Shown: one piece after another, positions 1 to 12,862 of the stretch
How the letters are laid out: every line of letters starts with the position of its first letter
Position numbering within the stretch: the first letter of the stretch is position 1
DNA from: Owenia fusiformis
Taxonomy: Eukaryota
NCBI GenBank assembly: GCA_903813345.2
Contig: CAIIXF020000001.1
Span: forward strand, 496,001-560,000
DNA: 64,000 nt
Direction of reading: 5' to 3'
The notes under the pieces: model-generated
The model's database searches: none
What the model saw: only the letters and a program-made list of their open reading frames with translations
What the model was told of the DNA's origin: nothing
Made by a program: the position numbers and the translations under genes

Positions 1-154
1 TTATATATCACACATTTCTGTTTCACTATTAATATAATCCCCTTTGGCAAAATGCTCATATGTAGCATATTGCTACTTGGTACAAAACCAATTGTCAATC
101 CCTTCCAGTAAATGGCCTCTATAAACACATAGGTTAAATAATGCAGCATCTTAT

Positions 155-1575
155 CAGAACTTTTTGAACACCCTGCATACATGTGTAAGCAATTGTGCAG
201 CAGCAATGGCATGTGTAAAGAGAACTAATTGAGCACCCTGCATACATATATACGTTATGGTGCAGCAGCTATGGCATGTGTAAAGAGAACTAATTGAGCA
301 CCCTGCATACATATATACGTTATGGTGCAGCAGCAATGGCATGTGTAAAGAGAACTAATTGAGCACCCTGCATACATATATACGTTAAGGTGCAGCAGCA
401 ATGGCATGTGTAAAGAGAACTAATTGAGCACCCTGCATACATATATACGTTATGGTGCAGCAGCTATGGCATGTGTAAAGAGAACTAATTGAGCACCCTG
501 CATACATATATACGTTATGGTGCAGCAGCAATGGCATGTGTAAAGAGAACTAATTGAGCACCCCGCATACATATATACGTTATGGTGCAGCAGCTATGGC
601 ATGTGTAAAGAGAACTAATTGAGCACCCTGCATACATATATACGTTAAGGTGCAGCAGCAATGGCATGTGTAAAGAGAACTAATTGAGCACCCCGCATAC
701 ATATATACGTTATGGTGCAGCAGCTATGGCATGTGTAAAGAGAACTAATTGAGCACCCTGCATACATATATACGTTATGGTGCAGCAGCTATGGCATGTG
801 TAAAGAGAACTAATTGAGCACCCTGCATACATATATACGTTATGGTGCAGCAGCTATGGCATGTGTAAAGAGAACTAATTGAGCACCCTGCATACATATA
901 TACGTTATGGTGCAGCAGCTATGGCATGTGTAAAGAGAACTAATTGAGCACCCTGCATACATATATACGTTAAGGTGCAGCAGCTATGACATGTGTAGAG
1001 AACTTTTTGGACACCCTGTATACATGTGTAAGCAATGGTGCAGCAGCTATGGCATGTGTAAAGAGAACTAATTGAGCACCCTGCATACATATATACGTTA
1101 TGGTGCAGCAGATATGACATGTGTAGAGAACTTTTTGAACACCCTGGATACATGTTTAAGCAATGGTATAGCAGCAACGACATGTGTAAAGATAACTTTT
1201 TGAACAACCTGTATGTGTATATACGTTTTGGAGTAGCAGCTATGACAAGTGTGAAAATAACTTTTTCGAATTCCCTTTACATACATAAGCGATTGGACAA
1301 GAGCTAGGGCAAGTCGAAATATAACTATTTGAACATCTTGCATACACGTATACGCAACGGTGCAGCAGCTATGACATGTGAAAGATAAATATTTTAACAC
1401 CCTGCACGCAATGGTGCATGCAGCAGCTTTGGCAAGTGGAAATATGACTATTTGTACACCCTACATACATGTATACGCAATGGTGCTGCAGCTATGGTCG
1501 GTGGAAAGATAACTTTTTGAACACCCTGCATACATGACGTATACGCTATAGTGCAGCAGCTATGGTAAGTGGAAA
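155..1575. repeat. Minisatellite, 65-bp unit (TTATGGTGCAGCAGCTATGGCATGTGTAAAGAGAACTAATTGAGCACCCTGCATACATATATACG), about 20 copies; homogeneous to about 1100, then decaying
   Basis: Unit starts recur at 255, 320, 385 etc. The ORFs at 154-1400 are translations of this repeat. Confidence 0.97.
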
Positions 1576-2949
1576 ACTATTTGAAGAGAGTAAAACACAA
1601 AGTAAAAGCCGAATTACAACTCATTCAAAAGAGCAGCAGAATGATATATGACATATATACATATCGATAATCGGGTTTCATACGAGTTCCGATCAATTAG
1701 AGCACTCGACCCGAACAGATGGTTCGAATACTTAAAGATGATCAGGGATTCTCAAATAGTTTCTAAATACCTTGCTAAATTGATACTGTCGGTTTTGCTT
1801 AGTTAGCCTGCATCTCATTTAGACTGGTTTATTGCAATTGCTGGCGTAACATATTTCAACATGAAGCTTTCCTTTTTGTTCTGTCAAATCTTTCTATAAA
1901 TTCCAAACGTGCTGAGAGAATCTTCATTCTAGATTAAACATTCATTTTCTTGACCATGGCTTATCAGTGTTGATGATACATTTAAATTTACTTGTTTTAA
2001 GTGGGACAGAGTCATTGTATATTTTTTAAACATTTCTAAGAAAAACAGAATTTGTGTCTTCAATACTGCAAGTTAGTGACCAGTCAACTAAAGCCATCTT
2101 TTTCTTAAAAGAATTCAAACTATGCTGAAACAATTTTATTCATAATTAAGCAAGAAATGAACTCAGAGAAAATTTGATTATAGTTCTCATCGAAACCAAA
2201 GGTACAATAATATCTCAAACGTAATATATTATTCCTTTTAATCTGATACAATCAACATTGTTTTATTTTTGAAGTTTAGCATATTAAAAAAAGATTGACA
2301 TAGAAAAGAAATTCAATTTTTTAAAACATTTTGCCACGGGAGCGATGTCATGTTGCAAAATGAAAAGCTGACAAAAATATTTCCAAACTACATTGGTACT
2401 TTAAAGATTTTGTAAGTGAAATATACCTTGTTGAGCTATTTGAGCCTGTTGGGCTGCAATATTCCATTGAACACAGCATACGGGTTTATGCATTCCAGCT
2501 TTTAGATATAGCCGGGAATATTCAAAACTATTTAGATTTAGATCAAGATCTAATATGTTAGTGATAAAACTCATGGTTATATTATACTCATAAAAAGCTT
2601 AAGAAATAAGTTCGAGGCAAGTTTTAAGCTCTGCCACTTTGAATGCTTAGAGATGACGGAATTTATTGTCATTGGCATTGGTTTTATTGGCAACGATCTC
2701 AAAATCTTTTCACTTGATACATTTTTAGGTTGATCCATCTTTGACATAATGGTTGAGAATTAGGGTCGAATCGAGTTTAGAGATGGCTGAAGACGTTGAT
2801 AATTACGTTATAATGCAAGCAAGTATTCTTGAGCTATGATAAATTGTGACGACAACAAATAAGAGAAAGTATGGTAAATAATGATTGACAAACTTAGATG
2901 AACAGAATAAAGTAACATAGGAAAGTAACAATGTACATATTGAAGTTAC

Positions 2950-4241
2950 TTGGAGTCTAGAGATCGAGAGGGATATAGGGAACGCCTCCGTCCGTCCGTC
3001 CGTCCGTCCGTCCGTACGTACGTCCGTCCGTACGTACGTCCGTCCGTCCGTCCGGGCAATAACTCAAATACCGTTGGCCCGATTTTATTCATATTTTGTA
3101 TACATATACCCTATGGGGGTAGAAGTTCTGCTTGAAAGTCGATTTTCAAAATGGCCGCTCATTTAAAAATGGCGGCCATTTTAGTGCCGATTTTACAGTA
3201 ATTTAGGTGCAATATGTAAAACTGTAATAGCAATATGTTTTAAATGTAAAAAAAATTATATAGGACATTAATAAAGCTAGAAATGTAGATATTATAAAAG
3301 CACATGGCAGCCATCTTGAAAAATGGCGCCCTTTTCTCGTTATTTTACGATTTTTGCTGTAACTCGAAAAGTAGTGGAGCGATTTTGTTCATATTTGGTA
3401 TGTGAATACTATAAGCATGGCACACTGTCTAATGATACTTTTGGTAGAAGGTGGCCATTTTGAAAAATGGCGGACATTTTGAAAAATGGCGGACATTTTG
3501 AAAAATGGCCGCCATTTTAAGTTATTTTACTAAAACTCGAAAAGTAGTGGAGCGATTTTGTTCATATTTGGTATGTGAATACGTATAAGCATGGCACACT
3601 GTCTAATGACACTCTTGGTAGAGGGCGGTCATTTTTCAAAATGGCCGCCATTTTAACGTATTTTACTTTAACTCGAAAAGTAGTGGAGCGATTTTGTTCA
3701 TATTCTGTATGTGAATACTGTAAGCATGGCACACTGTCTAATGACACTTTTGGTAGAAGGCGGCCATTTTGAAAAATGGTGGACATTTTGAAAAATGGCT
3801 GCCATTTTAACTTATTTTACTATAACTCGAAAAGTAGTGGGGCGATTTTGTTCATATTTGGTACGTGAATACGTATAAGCATGGCACACTGTCTAATGAC
3901 ACTTTTGGTAAAAGGCGGCCATTTTTCAAAATGGCCACCATTTTAACGTATTTTACTATAACTCGAAAAGTAGCGGAGCGATTTTGTTCATATTTGGTAT
4001 GTGAATACTATAAGCATGGCACACTGTCTAATGAGACTTTTAGTAGAAAGCGGCCATTTTTCAAAATGGCCACCATTTTAACGTATTTTACTATAACTCG
4101 AAAAGTAGCAGAGCGATTTTGTTCATATTTGGTATGTGAATATTATAACCATGGCACACTGTCTAATGACACTTTTGGTAGAAGGTGCCCCTTTTGAAAA
4201 ATGTTCGATGGGATTCGCTACGCTTTGGCGTTGCTGTTGTT
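2950..4241 (+). mobile_element. Helentron/HINE (DINE-1/pearl-type) non-autonomous element, 5' end probably truncated
   Basis: TCGAGAGGGAT at 2964 recurs as TCGATGGGAT at 4205 (subTIR-like). (CCGT/ACGT)n microsatellite at 2987-3054. About six internal 136-bp tandem units from 3361. 3' imperfect hairpin GCTACGC-tttg-GCGTTGC followed by TGTT. Confidence 0.7.
2987..3054. repeat. (TCCG)n/(TACG)n microsatellite inside the HINE element
   Basis: Directly visible; explains the RPSV repeats in ORF 2950-3135. Confidence 0.95.
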
Positions 4242-4939
4242 CTGGTTTGTGATGTGTCGTCCAAGTCAAACATGCTTGAATCTATGGCTCTGCTTTGTCG
4301 CTTTTTACATATTGCTTAACTATTGTGGAATTCCTAAGACGCTTAATAAAGGAGCTTTTTTTATTTGAGCAATTTTTCTTTGGCTGTGTCCTATAGCTAA
4401 TGGACATAAATAGCCAACTTTTTACACCGTGCAATGTAGCGGGATCAGATGTCCAGATATAACCCCTTTTTTGTTCGGCTTTTTCAGGAAAGCAACAAAC
4501 TTGGCACATATGTAGAAACATATGATTTGAGTGGAAAATGATTTCAGGGCAAGTGGTTGGGGGTGGTCTTCATGGATTTTTTTACCTCTGACCCCCACCC
4601 CTATCAGGTGGGGAGGGGTAAATTATAAAAAATAAATAAAAATGGTTTTAAAGTATTTTTGTTTAAATGACTTCATTTGGTGATTGCTTTGAGCCTTGAA
4701 ATGATGTAAAACTCATTTTAGAAGTGGTATTTAGTGAGGAAAATACATTTAAACCCAATTATCCAGGAAAAATTCATTATTTAAAGGGCCAAATATGGGA
4801 CGTCGATTACTGTATTTCAAGAATGTGATGAATAATAGCCTTAAAATAATTCACAGTAATAGAAGTACAAGTGTTTATTGCAGATAGAAAATATTGCTTT
4901 GGTAGCTGATGAAATTTCAATTTTTTGGTGCATTTGGCT

Positions 4940-6020
4940 CAGGGGTAACCTTATCTTACCTCAATCATTTTTAAGATAGTCAATGTATGCATCTCATATG
5001 AGCTCAGAATGGTGCTTCTAGTCTTGTTTTGTCATATTATTGCTAATTAGATGTACAAAAAAGATTGGAATAAAAAAAAATTCAAATTTTCATTTTCGAT
5101 TCTGAATGGCCAGGGGTAACCATATTGTACCTTAATAATTTTCAAAATATGAAATATATCCATCTCAAATGAGCTCAAAATGGTGCATCTAGTCTTGTTT
5201 TGTCATAATATTGCTAATTAGAAGTAAAAAAAGATTGGAATTATTTTTTAAATCTAATTTTCATTTTCACTTCTGAAGGGCCAGGGGTAACCATATTGTA
5301 CCTTAATAATTTTTAAAATATGTAATATATCCATCTCAAATGAGCTCAATATGGTGCATCTAGTCTTTTTTAAGCATATTAACCCTAATAAGATGTAGAC
5401 AAATGATTGATAATTCTTAAAACTCTAAATTTTCATTTAAGCTTCAGATGGTCCAGGGGTAACCATATTTTAGCATAATAATTTTCAAGATATGTAATAT
5501 ATGCATCTCAAATGAGCTCAAAATTGTGCATATAGTCTTGTTTTATCATACCCCAAATAAGATGTAGAAAAATTATTGGACATTTCTTAAAAATCTGAAT
5601 TTTCTATTTGACCATATTTTTAACATAATAATTACATATTATTACATATGCATCTAAAATGAGCTCAAAGTGGTTCATATACCAGAAGTCTTGTTATCAT
5701 ATTTTCCCTAATAATATATAAAAACATAATTTGACATTTTTAAATATCTAATATCTAAAAATCTAAATTTTATATTTGAGCTTTTGACAGCCCAGGGGTA
5801 ACCATACTTAAGATAATAGTTTTCAATGTATGTTACATATATGCATCTCAAATGAGCTTGAAATGGTGTATATAATCTTGTTTTGTCATATCATTTCTAA
5901 GGAGATGGAAAAAATGATCAGATTTTGATTTAGCTTTTGACTGGTTATAGGTGGCCTCATTTTACCATAATAATTTTCAAGATATGTCACATTTGCAACT
6001 TAAATAAGCTCAAAATGGCA
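4940..6020. repeat. Subterminal ~171-bp tandem repeats in the left arm of the Academ-like element
   Basis: CAGGGGTAACCATATT...CATCTCAAATGAGCTCAAAATGGTGCAT recurs near 4940, 5110, 5281, 5453 and 5792; inverted copies lie in the right arm (8672-8900). Confidence 0.85.
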
Positions 6021-6119
6021 TTTTGTCATATTCATATGCTCATATATTCATACTGAGATATAAAATGATAAATCAATGAAGTATTACATAAAGATATTAG
6101 GTTTAAGAACACTTGCATC

Positions 6120-6308
6120 ACCTCTGTGTACACCTTCCATTCCTCCAAAATCAGATGATTTAGAGTAGTAGTTAAATGCAGATGTGACATCGCATAGAAT
6201 GATTGAATGAAAAATGGGGAGGACTAAACTTTGGTCATGGCCAATTGATCTTGCAATATCATGCACAGATAGTTATTGAATGGATTTTCTTTTACCAAAT
6301 GCAATCCA
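6120..6308 (-). pseudogene. Inverted duplicate of the same transposase segment
   Basis: ORF 6084-6266(-) HDIARSIGHDQSLVLPIFHSIILCDVTSAFNYYSKSSD parallels 6545-6665(+); the nucleotide sequences form an inverted repeat. Confidence 0.8.
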
Positions 6309-6501
6309 AGATGTAGTGGGAACAAGAGGGAGCTGTCCTCCTTCCAGGCATCAACACTGAAACCCTCAAGAACATGGCAAGATGATAGTGACCAAGTAAT
6401 ACAATGTCTTAGGCGCCATCAAGGATATTTCTCCATACGAGAGACTGCTTCAATCATTGCCTAACAATTGATTTTGATGTAGTAAAACTGAAAATGTCAA
6501 T

Positions 6502-7023
6502 TTGGATTGCATATGGTAAGGGGAAATCCTTCCAATATCTACCTGCCCACAATATTACAAGACCACTTGGCCATGACCAAAGTTTAGCCCTCCCAATTTT
6601 TCATGCAATCAATGGATTTGATATGTCACCTTTGCATTCTACTACTTCTCTAAATCATCTGATTTGAAGGAATGGAAGGTGTTTACCCAGAGCTATTGCA
6701 GTTGTTTTTAAACTTTGAATCTTTTTTTAGAAACATTGCAGTTGTAGAGTCATTTATTATTCTGATGCATTCTAACCCAATGTTTCTATCACCACATGAA
6801 TGTGGTTGGACTACTCCCACTGCTGATACTGAGGCCACAGCATATGAAAATGTAGGTCCTATGAGGCGGATATCTGTATAATAACAAAAGATGTTGCATC
6901 CGAGGCATGCAAAAAACTTGTTTGATGTTTAAGGAGTGTTGAGGGAACATATGCAAATGTTTGAAATCATATCTCATTTGCTCTGGGCTATGTAGCCGTA
7001 GGGGAGACTGTCAGAATCTATAA
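6502..7023 (+). pseudogene. Academ-type transposase C-terminal remnant (XPG/PIN H3TH-like 'GCD' region plus Cys-rich zinc finger)
   Basis: Hand translation: WIAYGKGKSFQYLPAHNITRPLGHDQSLALPIFHAINGFD, then frameshifts, then EACKKLV*C..KEC*GNICKCLKSYLICSGLCSRRGDCQNL*. Frameshifts and stops show it is non-functional. Confidence 0.75.
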
Positions 7024-7384
7024 ATCCTGACCCGTTTGATTATGTTTTATGGATTTTGATTATATTTTCAAATGATTATACATAGAATCTTAACAATGCT
7101 ACTACTCAGTACAGACTGGACTGTCAAACATTTTCAAATCTTAGAAAAGTGCTCAATAAAACTATAGTACAGTATTGAGCTAGTGGTACTAAAAAGGAAT
7201 AAATGGATGTTGTGATTCTTTATATAAATAAATAAATGGATGTTGAGATTTTTTATAATTTTTTCTTATTTCAGGAGGAATAAATGGCAAAACTTGACTA
7301 TAATCAACATTTTGAGCTCGTTTGAGTAACAAGTGTGATATATCTTTATTTAAATTATTACGGTAAAATGGCATCAAAAGCTAA

Positions 7385-7735
7385 GGCCGTAAGAATTAGA
7401 TTCTGAAAGTAACATCGCATTTCATTCAATCAGAATCAGACGAAATGGCGGATAAATTGATGTGCGTCAAAATTGACAGTGTTATTGATTACTTAGGCAT
7501 ACATTTTTTTATTTTTACCCTTGAATAATACCTATATTTAAATATATTGTATAAACGTATAGATCTGTGTTTGTATCACTGCAAATTGGTATGTCATTCC
7601 TTTTAATGCCCATAAAATGTATACATTTCTCAGCAAACAAGTTTGTGTTTTTTTGAGTTTGTGTTTATTTCCTTGTACCCTTGCATGATTTGGATTTTGC
7701 CAGGACGCAAACCAGAGAATCTAATTCTTATGGCC
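7385..7735. mobile_element. MITE with ~20-bp TIRs and TAA TSD (Zator or PIF/Harbinger type), nested in the Academ-like element
   Basis: TAA|GGCCGTAAGAATTAGATTCT ... AGAATCTAATTCTTATGGCC|TAA. Confidence 0.8.
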
Positions 7736-7834
7736 TAATATGAAAATATCATTTTTTCAAGTTTCCAAACATTTTTTACATTCCCTAGAAATAATATATG
7801 ACAAAAGAAGATTAAAAAACCCTTTAAACACCCT

Positions 7835-8671
7835 ATGCAGACAGAGCCTGTGGGAAATATTGGGTGCGGCGCAAATGAGCGGAGGGTGCGGAGCTAACGG
7901 TCATTTTTGAATTTAAAATTGGGATATTTCTGAAACTAAGCCGTTTTGGGACTTCAAATATACCAAGATATGTGTATTTGACACCAAATATCAATAAAAT
8001 TGTGAAAATAGTAGTGCAATTCATTTTATAGCGACGCAGTATGCCTTAAACATTTCCCAGACCTATATATTTTGAGACTATCCTTTTAATACTGCGTCCC
8101 CAGCATTCATAAAAAATGGTGTTCAAGATACACTACCCATGCAAATTATTTTTGCATCTTGGAAGCCAGGCAGTATCTGTGTGATTTTATAAAAATTCGG
8201 AAATGTTCTTCAGATATGAGCCCCTCTAAATATTGGGTGCGGAGCTACGTTTATGGAGCTGCTCCGCACCCAATATTTAGAGGGGCTCATATCTGAAGAA
8301 CATTTCCGAATTTTTATAAAATCACACAGATACTGCCTGGCTTCCAAGATGCAAAAATAATTTGTATAGATAGTGCACCTTGAACACCATTTTTTATGAA
8401 TGCTGGGGACTCAGTGTTAAAAGGATAATTTCAAAATATATAGGTCTGGGAAAGGTTTAAGGCACACTGCGTCGCTATAGAATGAATTGCGCTACTATTT
8501 TCACAATTGTATTGATATTTGGTGTCAAATACACATATCTTGGTATATTTGAAGTCCCAAAACGGCTTAGTTTCAGAAATATCCCAAATTTAAATTCAAA
8601 AATAACCGTTAGCTCCGCACCCTCCGCTCATTTGCTCCGCACCCAATATTTCCCACAGGCTCTGTCTGCAT
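7835..8671. mobile_element. Almost fully palindromic foldback/MITE element, about 837 bp, centre about 8253
   Basis: ATGCAGACAGAGCCTGTGGGAAATATTGGGTGCGG mirrors ...CCGCACCCAATATTTCCCACAGGCTCTGTCTGCAT. The mirror ORFs 7833-8024(-) and 8482-8697(+) are nearly identical. Confidence 0.9.
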
Positions 8672-10002
8672 GCTCATTTGAAATGCATATGTTTTGAAAA
8701 TTATTAAGGTAAAATATGGCTACCCATAGGCCACAATAAGCTAAAATGAAAATTTAGATTTTTAAGAAATGTAAAATCATTTTTCTACATCTAATCAAGG
8801 GTAATCTGATAAAACAAAGCTATATGCACCATTTTGAGCTAATTTGAGATGCATATATTACATATCTTGAAAATTATTAAGGTAAAATATGGTTACCCCT
8901 GAGCTGCATGCACTTAAAAATTGAAATTTCGAGAATTTTTTTCTCAAAAAATACATGAGCCACCCGTGGTATATTTTCTATCTGTGATAAACACTTAAAC
9001 TTCTACTACTATGAATTTTTTCAGGACTATCAGACATCACATTCTTGAAATACAGTACTGGATGTTCCGTATTTGGCCCTTTAAACAACGAATTATTCTT
9101 AGATAATTGGGTTGAAATGAGTTTTTCTTGCTACAGACAACTTCTTAATTCGGTTTTACACAATTTCAAGGCTCAAAGCAATCACCAAATGAAATCTTTA
9201 AAACCATTTTTATTTAATTTTAATAATATACCCCTCCCAGTCTGGTAGGGGTGGGGGTCAGAGGCTAAAAAATCCATGAAGACCACCCCAAATCACTTGC
9301 CCTGAAATCATTTTTTACTCATATCATATGATTCTACAACTGTGCCAAGCTTGTTGCTTTCCTGAAAAAGCCGAACAAAAAAGGACATCTGACCCCGCTA
9401 ATGGGCAGTTTTGTACTCATATGATATTTTTCTTCCCATGTGTGACATTCCCGGAAGCATTAGGTCCTAATGGTCTCTGACGGCCATCTCCAGATTGGTT
9501 CATGTCTTTAAAATAAAGTAAATGGTAATCTTTTGACACTTTTTCTGGTAACACAATGTAGCGCAGAGATATTTACGTTCAATATTCTTTGGACATTTTG
9601 GCCGAATTATGCGTGTTATTAGCAGGGGTAAAAAATAAGTAAAAACCAAATCTCTTCTACAGATTTCTTAATACATTGGAAACTTTAAGGTAGATTTGAG
9701 GTGGTGGTGGTGACACAAGAATTCGAAGGTTATTCATTCTCTTACATCATGCTGTCGGTTGCATTCGTATGTAAGCGGTAAGGGCCTACTCTTTTTTACC
9801 ATATTTTACTGTGCTTTATTTCTTCTTTGTTTTTCTTGCTAATGTAGCTTTCTATTTTTCTTCCCATTTTCTTTTTTGAAGATTCCTAGTGTTGGCATTT
9901 TTCTCGTATATATGAAATTATTTATTAAAAAAGACGGAACAGGAACAGATTGTAGCTTCCCGATTTGCTATTACATCTGCTTCTATTTTTCTGCGACATT
10001 AA

Positions 10003-10222
10003 TTTTTAAGTTTCTGATAATATTACATCGTAGTAGTTCATGTTCCATGTCATCAATTGCATTTTCATTGCTTTGACAATTCGGTTTGTCAGTTCCATTC
10101 ATTTTACCTAGCGTTTTCCTCGGGTATATTCATGTTTAGAACACGGTTTAGAATCATATACTGAAACTATCGGAACGTATCGAGGCTACTTTTAGTAAGT
10201 TTACGGGACATAGTGCATTTTT
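10003..10222 (-). pseudogene. LINE (L1/Tx1-like) ORF2 C-terminal zinc-knuckle remnant
   Basis: Minus-strand hand translation: FR*FQYMILNRVLNMN...LGKMNGTDKPNCQSNENAIDDMEHELLRCNIIRNL, resembling the FQYK.L.R.L..N...C..C...E..EH....C motif. Confidence 0.5.
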
Positions 10223-11161
10223 GTTTTTATATGGATTTGGTCTATAATCTTTCATTAACATTTTGAGGTAACCAAACTGGCATAGAGTGACATTCTAGGT
10301 ATGTCTGATTCAGCTATAAGACTCGCTGCATGATTTCTTGTTTACAGCCCACCTGTAGCGAGTCTTAAGATATACCCTCTCTAACTGCAATTAACGCCAT
10401 ATCTTTTAGCAACCGCGATACGATTCACAAAAGTGAATTTACCTGATTAGCGAGAGAACGGAGTTGGATGCTTCTGACTTGCAAGTTGCAATTTTACTCT
10501 GATATTTTTTCATTTATAGTCGGAAATGTAAATTCAGAAACGGAATTGATATTCAATGTTGAACACAGTTTTACTTATATGGATTATATAATGTCAACAT
10601 AGACAGATAGAAAGAAGGCAATTCGGAATCCAGGAGAACTACACAGTAGAGGTATGTATTCTATATGTTATACTTACTGTTTGTGGTGTTTTTGCTTGTA
10701 TGATTTTCATATATAAAATAAGCATAGAGGGACAGTTCTACAGATGAGACATTGTGAAAATAGCTTATTATTTGTAATTTTTATAGTTATTGGACCCTTG
10801 CTAATACAAAAAGAGAACTTCGCGTGTGATACTATCTTAGTCATCCAAGACTTGCATTTGCTGCTAGTTATCATCGTTATAATAATTGCCCCTTCACTAT
10901 TTGTTTAGCTTGGATGGATAAACGATTGGGCTGTTATCGGGTGTTTTGGCTGGAGGTTTATTTATACGCTTACAGCACCTACTTATATCGTGTAGCTTGC
11001 TTACTGTTGATTATTAATAAACCGATGATAGTAATCAATGGCCAATTAATCTCAAAGATGGCCATTTGATTAATGAACTATCCAGCTTGCGATTTGTATA
11101 TAGTCGAGCTGAAACGATCCCCTCAGTCCAGAAGTCGCGTAACTCTAAGCCCAAAAGAGAG

Positions 11162-11460
11162 TTTGTTTAGATAATGTATATTGATAACACTTTTTCATTT
11201 ATTACTGTAAAGATCATTTGTTTAGATAATGTATATTGATAACACTTTTTCATATTTTACTGCAAAGAGAATTTGTTTAGATAACATATATTGATAACAC
11301 TTTTTCATATTTTACTGCAAAGAGAATATGTTTAGATAATGTATATCGATAACACTTTTTCATATTTTACTGCAAAGAGAATTTGTTTTGACAATGTATA
11401 TTGATAACACTTTTTCATATATTAATGCAAAGATAATCTGTTTAGATAATGTATATTAAT
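11162..11460. repeat. Minisatellite, 55-bp unit, about 5.5 copies
   Basis: TTTGTTTAGATAATGTATATTGATAACACTTTTTCATATTTTACTGCAAAGAGAA at 11162, 11217, 11272, 11327, 11382, 11437. Confidence 0.95.
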
Positions 11461-12571
11461 AGCATTAGGGTTTTCACCCCAATAACAATTCCCCGTTTTC
11501 AAGTCACTCTCTTCTCCTCAAAGGGTGGTAAGGTTAGCCAATTGAATGATTGAATGAAACATCAAGTGTGTATACGAACCAACATAAGTGCTGTTTAACA
11601 TGAAACAAAATGTATATATATATATTAAAAACCACCGTAGTAAACGGCGCCAACAATCATTAACGAGTAAAAACGATAGAGTTGAGATGGAATCAAGCAA
11701 GAAAATGTAAGTAATCGGCACACAGGATAGGGTGTTAAGAACCATAAGTTTGTCCGCTGCTGTTGCAAAAAATAAAACCTTTGCATCGCTAAGGGAAAAT
11801 CTAGGCACGAGTATGTTTTGCAATTCGACATATGTGTATAATAATACATTTTAACAGATAATACTTAACAATTTGAAGGTAACAATCTGATACCTGTTCT
11901 TTACATTGAATAATCCATGGTGAGGACTTTTGATGTGCGAAATGCTAAACTTTGAAGCATTTTGAATTCACTGTTCTCATTGATAGGTTTGTTTTTAGTC
12001 TTTTGTCCTAGTTGACAATGTGACAAATGCACAAAAGTAGACTTTGATCAAAACTGATCAACTTATAGGAATATCTTCGTCGGATTTATCTTCTTTGACA
12101 TCGTCCTCTCTGCATCTTCCAATATTTGTGCGAAATCTAAAATAAATATTGACATCATTTTTGTTAAAACAAATCCTTAACCATTAAACCAAATCTGTGA
12201 GCAGGACGAGCGGCACATGTCAGTTTTTATTCCATGATGTTGAAATTCCATGCAAAGTGTCTCAAAAATCGAAAATTGGATAATTAATGCCACGTGTTCA
12301 CAACAGTCTATACATTTGACGTCACATTCGTTGAATACCTGAATTTATTTTGCACATACAATACACCTTTCATATCGATGACTTAAACGTGGATTGAATA
12401 CCTTGAGGTATTTTTAGTCGCATGGTACACGACTGACTAATCACAGAAATAATAACTAAAAGTATTTCAATATTTTGGGTGTTAGCTTCACCGCCCGTGA
12501 AAGAGCTTTAGGGGCGTCTCATGCGGAATTCTCCCTCCCAAGGCTTTTGAGGAGGGACTCTGATAAATCAG

Positions 12572-12669
12572 AATGGGCCCTTCTATTCCAGTGTGTTGCC
12601 GATCACATTAACAGTGCATAAAATGGGCCCTTCTATTCCAGTGTGTTACCGATCACAATAACAGTGCAT
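12572..12669. repeat. 50-bp tandem duplication
   Basis: AATGGGCCCTTCTATTCCAGTGTGTT(G/A)CCGATCACA(T/A)TAACAGTGCAT occurs twice. Confidence 0.9.
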
Positions 12670-12862
12670 GCCCAGAGTGACAGCTGAAATTAATAGGAAG
12701 CCTCCAGAAGGTAAATCTAGATTGATGGTACAGAATTGTATTTTGAAGTTCACGTCCGTTCCTAGACAACAGCTACCGACAATCCACCATCCCCTTGCAC
12801 ACATGGCCATCAATCATACCCATCCGTCTTACTTTCTTAAACTGTGCACGAACGGTTTTGAG

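Larger units (their letters stand above)
4437..9400 (+). mobile_element. Decayed Academ-like DNA transposon with long (about 700 bp) TIRs and 3-bp TSD ATG
   Basis: Left end TAGCGGGATCAGATGTCC; right end reverse complement TAGCGGGGTCAGATGTCC. The inverted match continues over about 4437-5200 vs 8672-9400. ATG flanks both ends (4434-36, 9401-03). TAG...CTA termini and an internal XPG-like plus Cys-rich remnant fit Academ. Confidence 0.8.

Noticed and set aside
154-1400. Cys/His-rich ORFs as metal-binding proteins
   Set aside because: They are translations of a 65-bp (non-triplet) minisatellite.
1690-1735. tRNA/SINE head (TTAGAGCACTCGAC...GGTTCGAATAC)
   Set aside because: Only a partial B box, no clear A box or cloverleaf.
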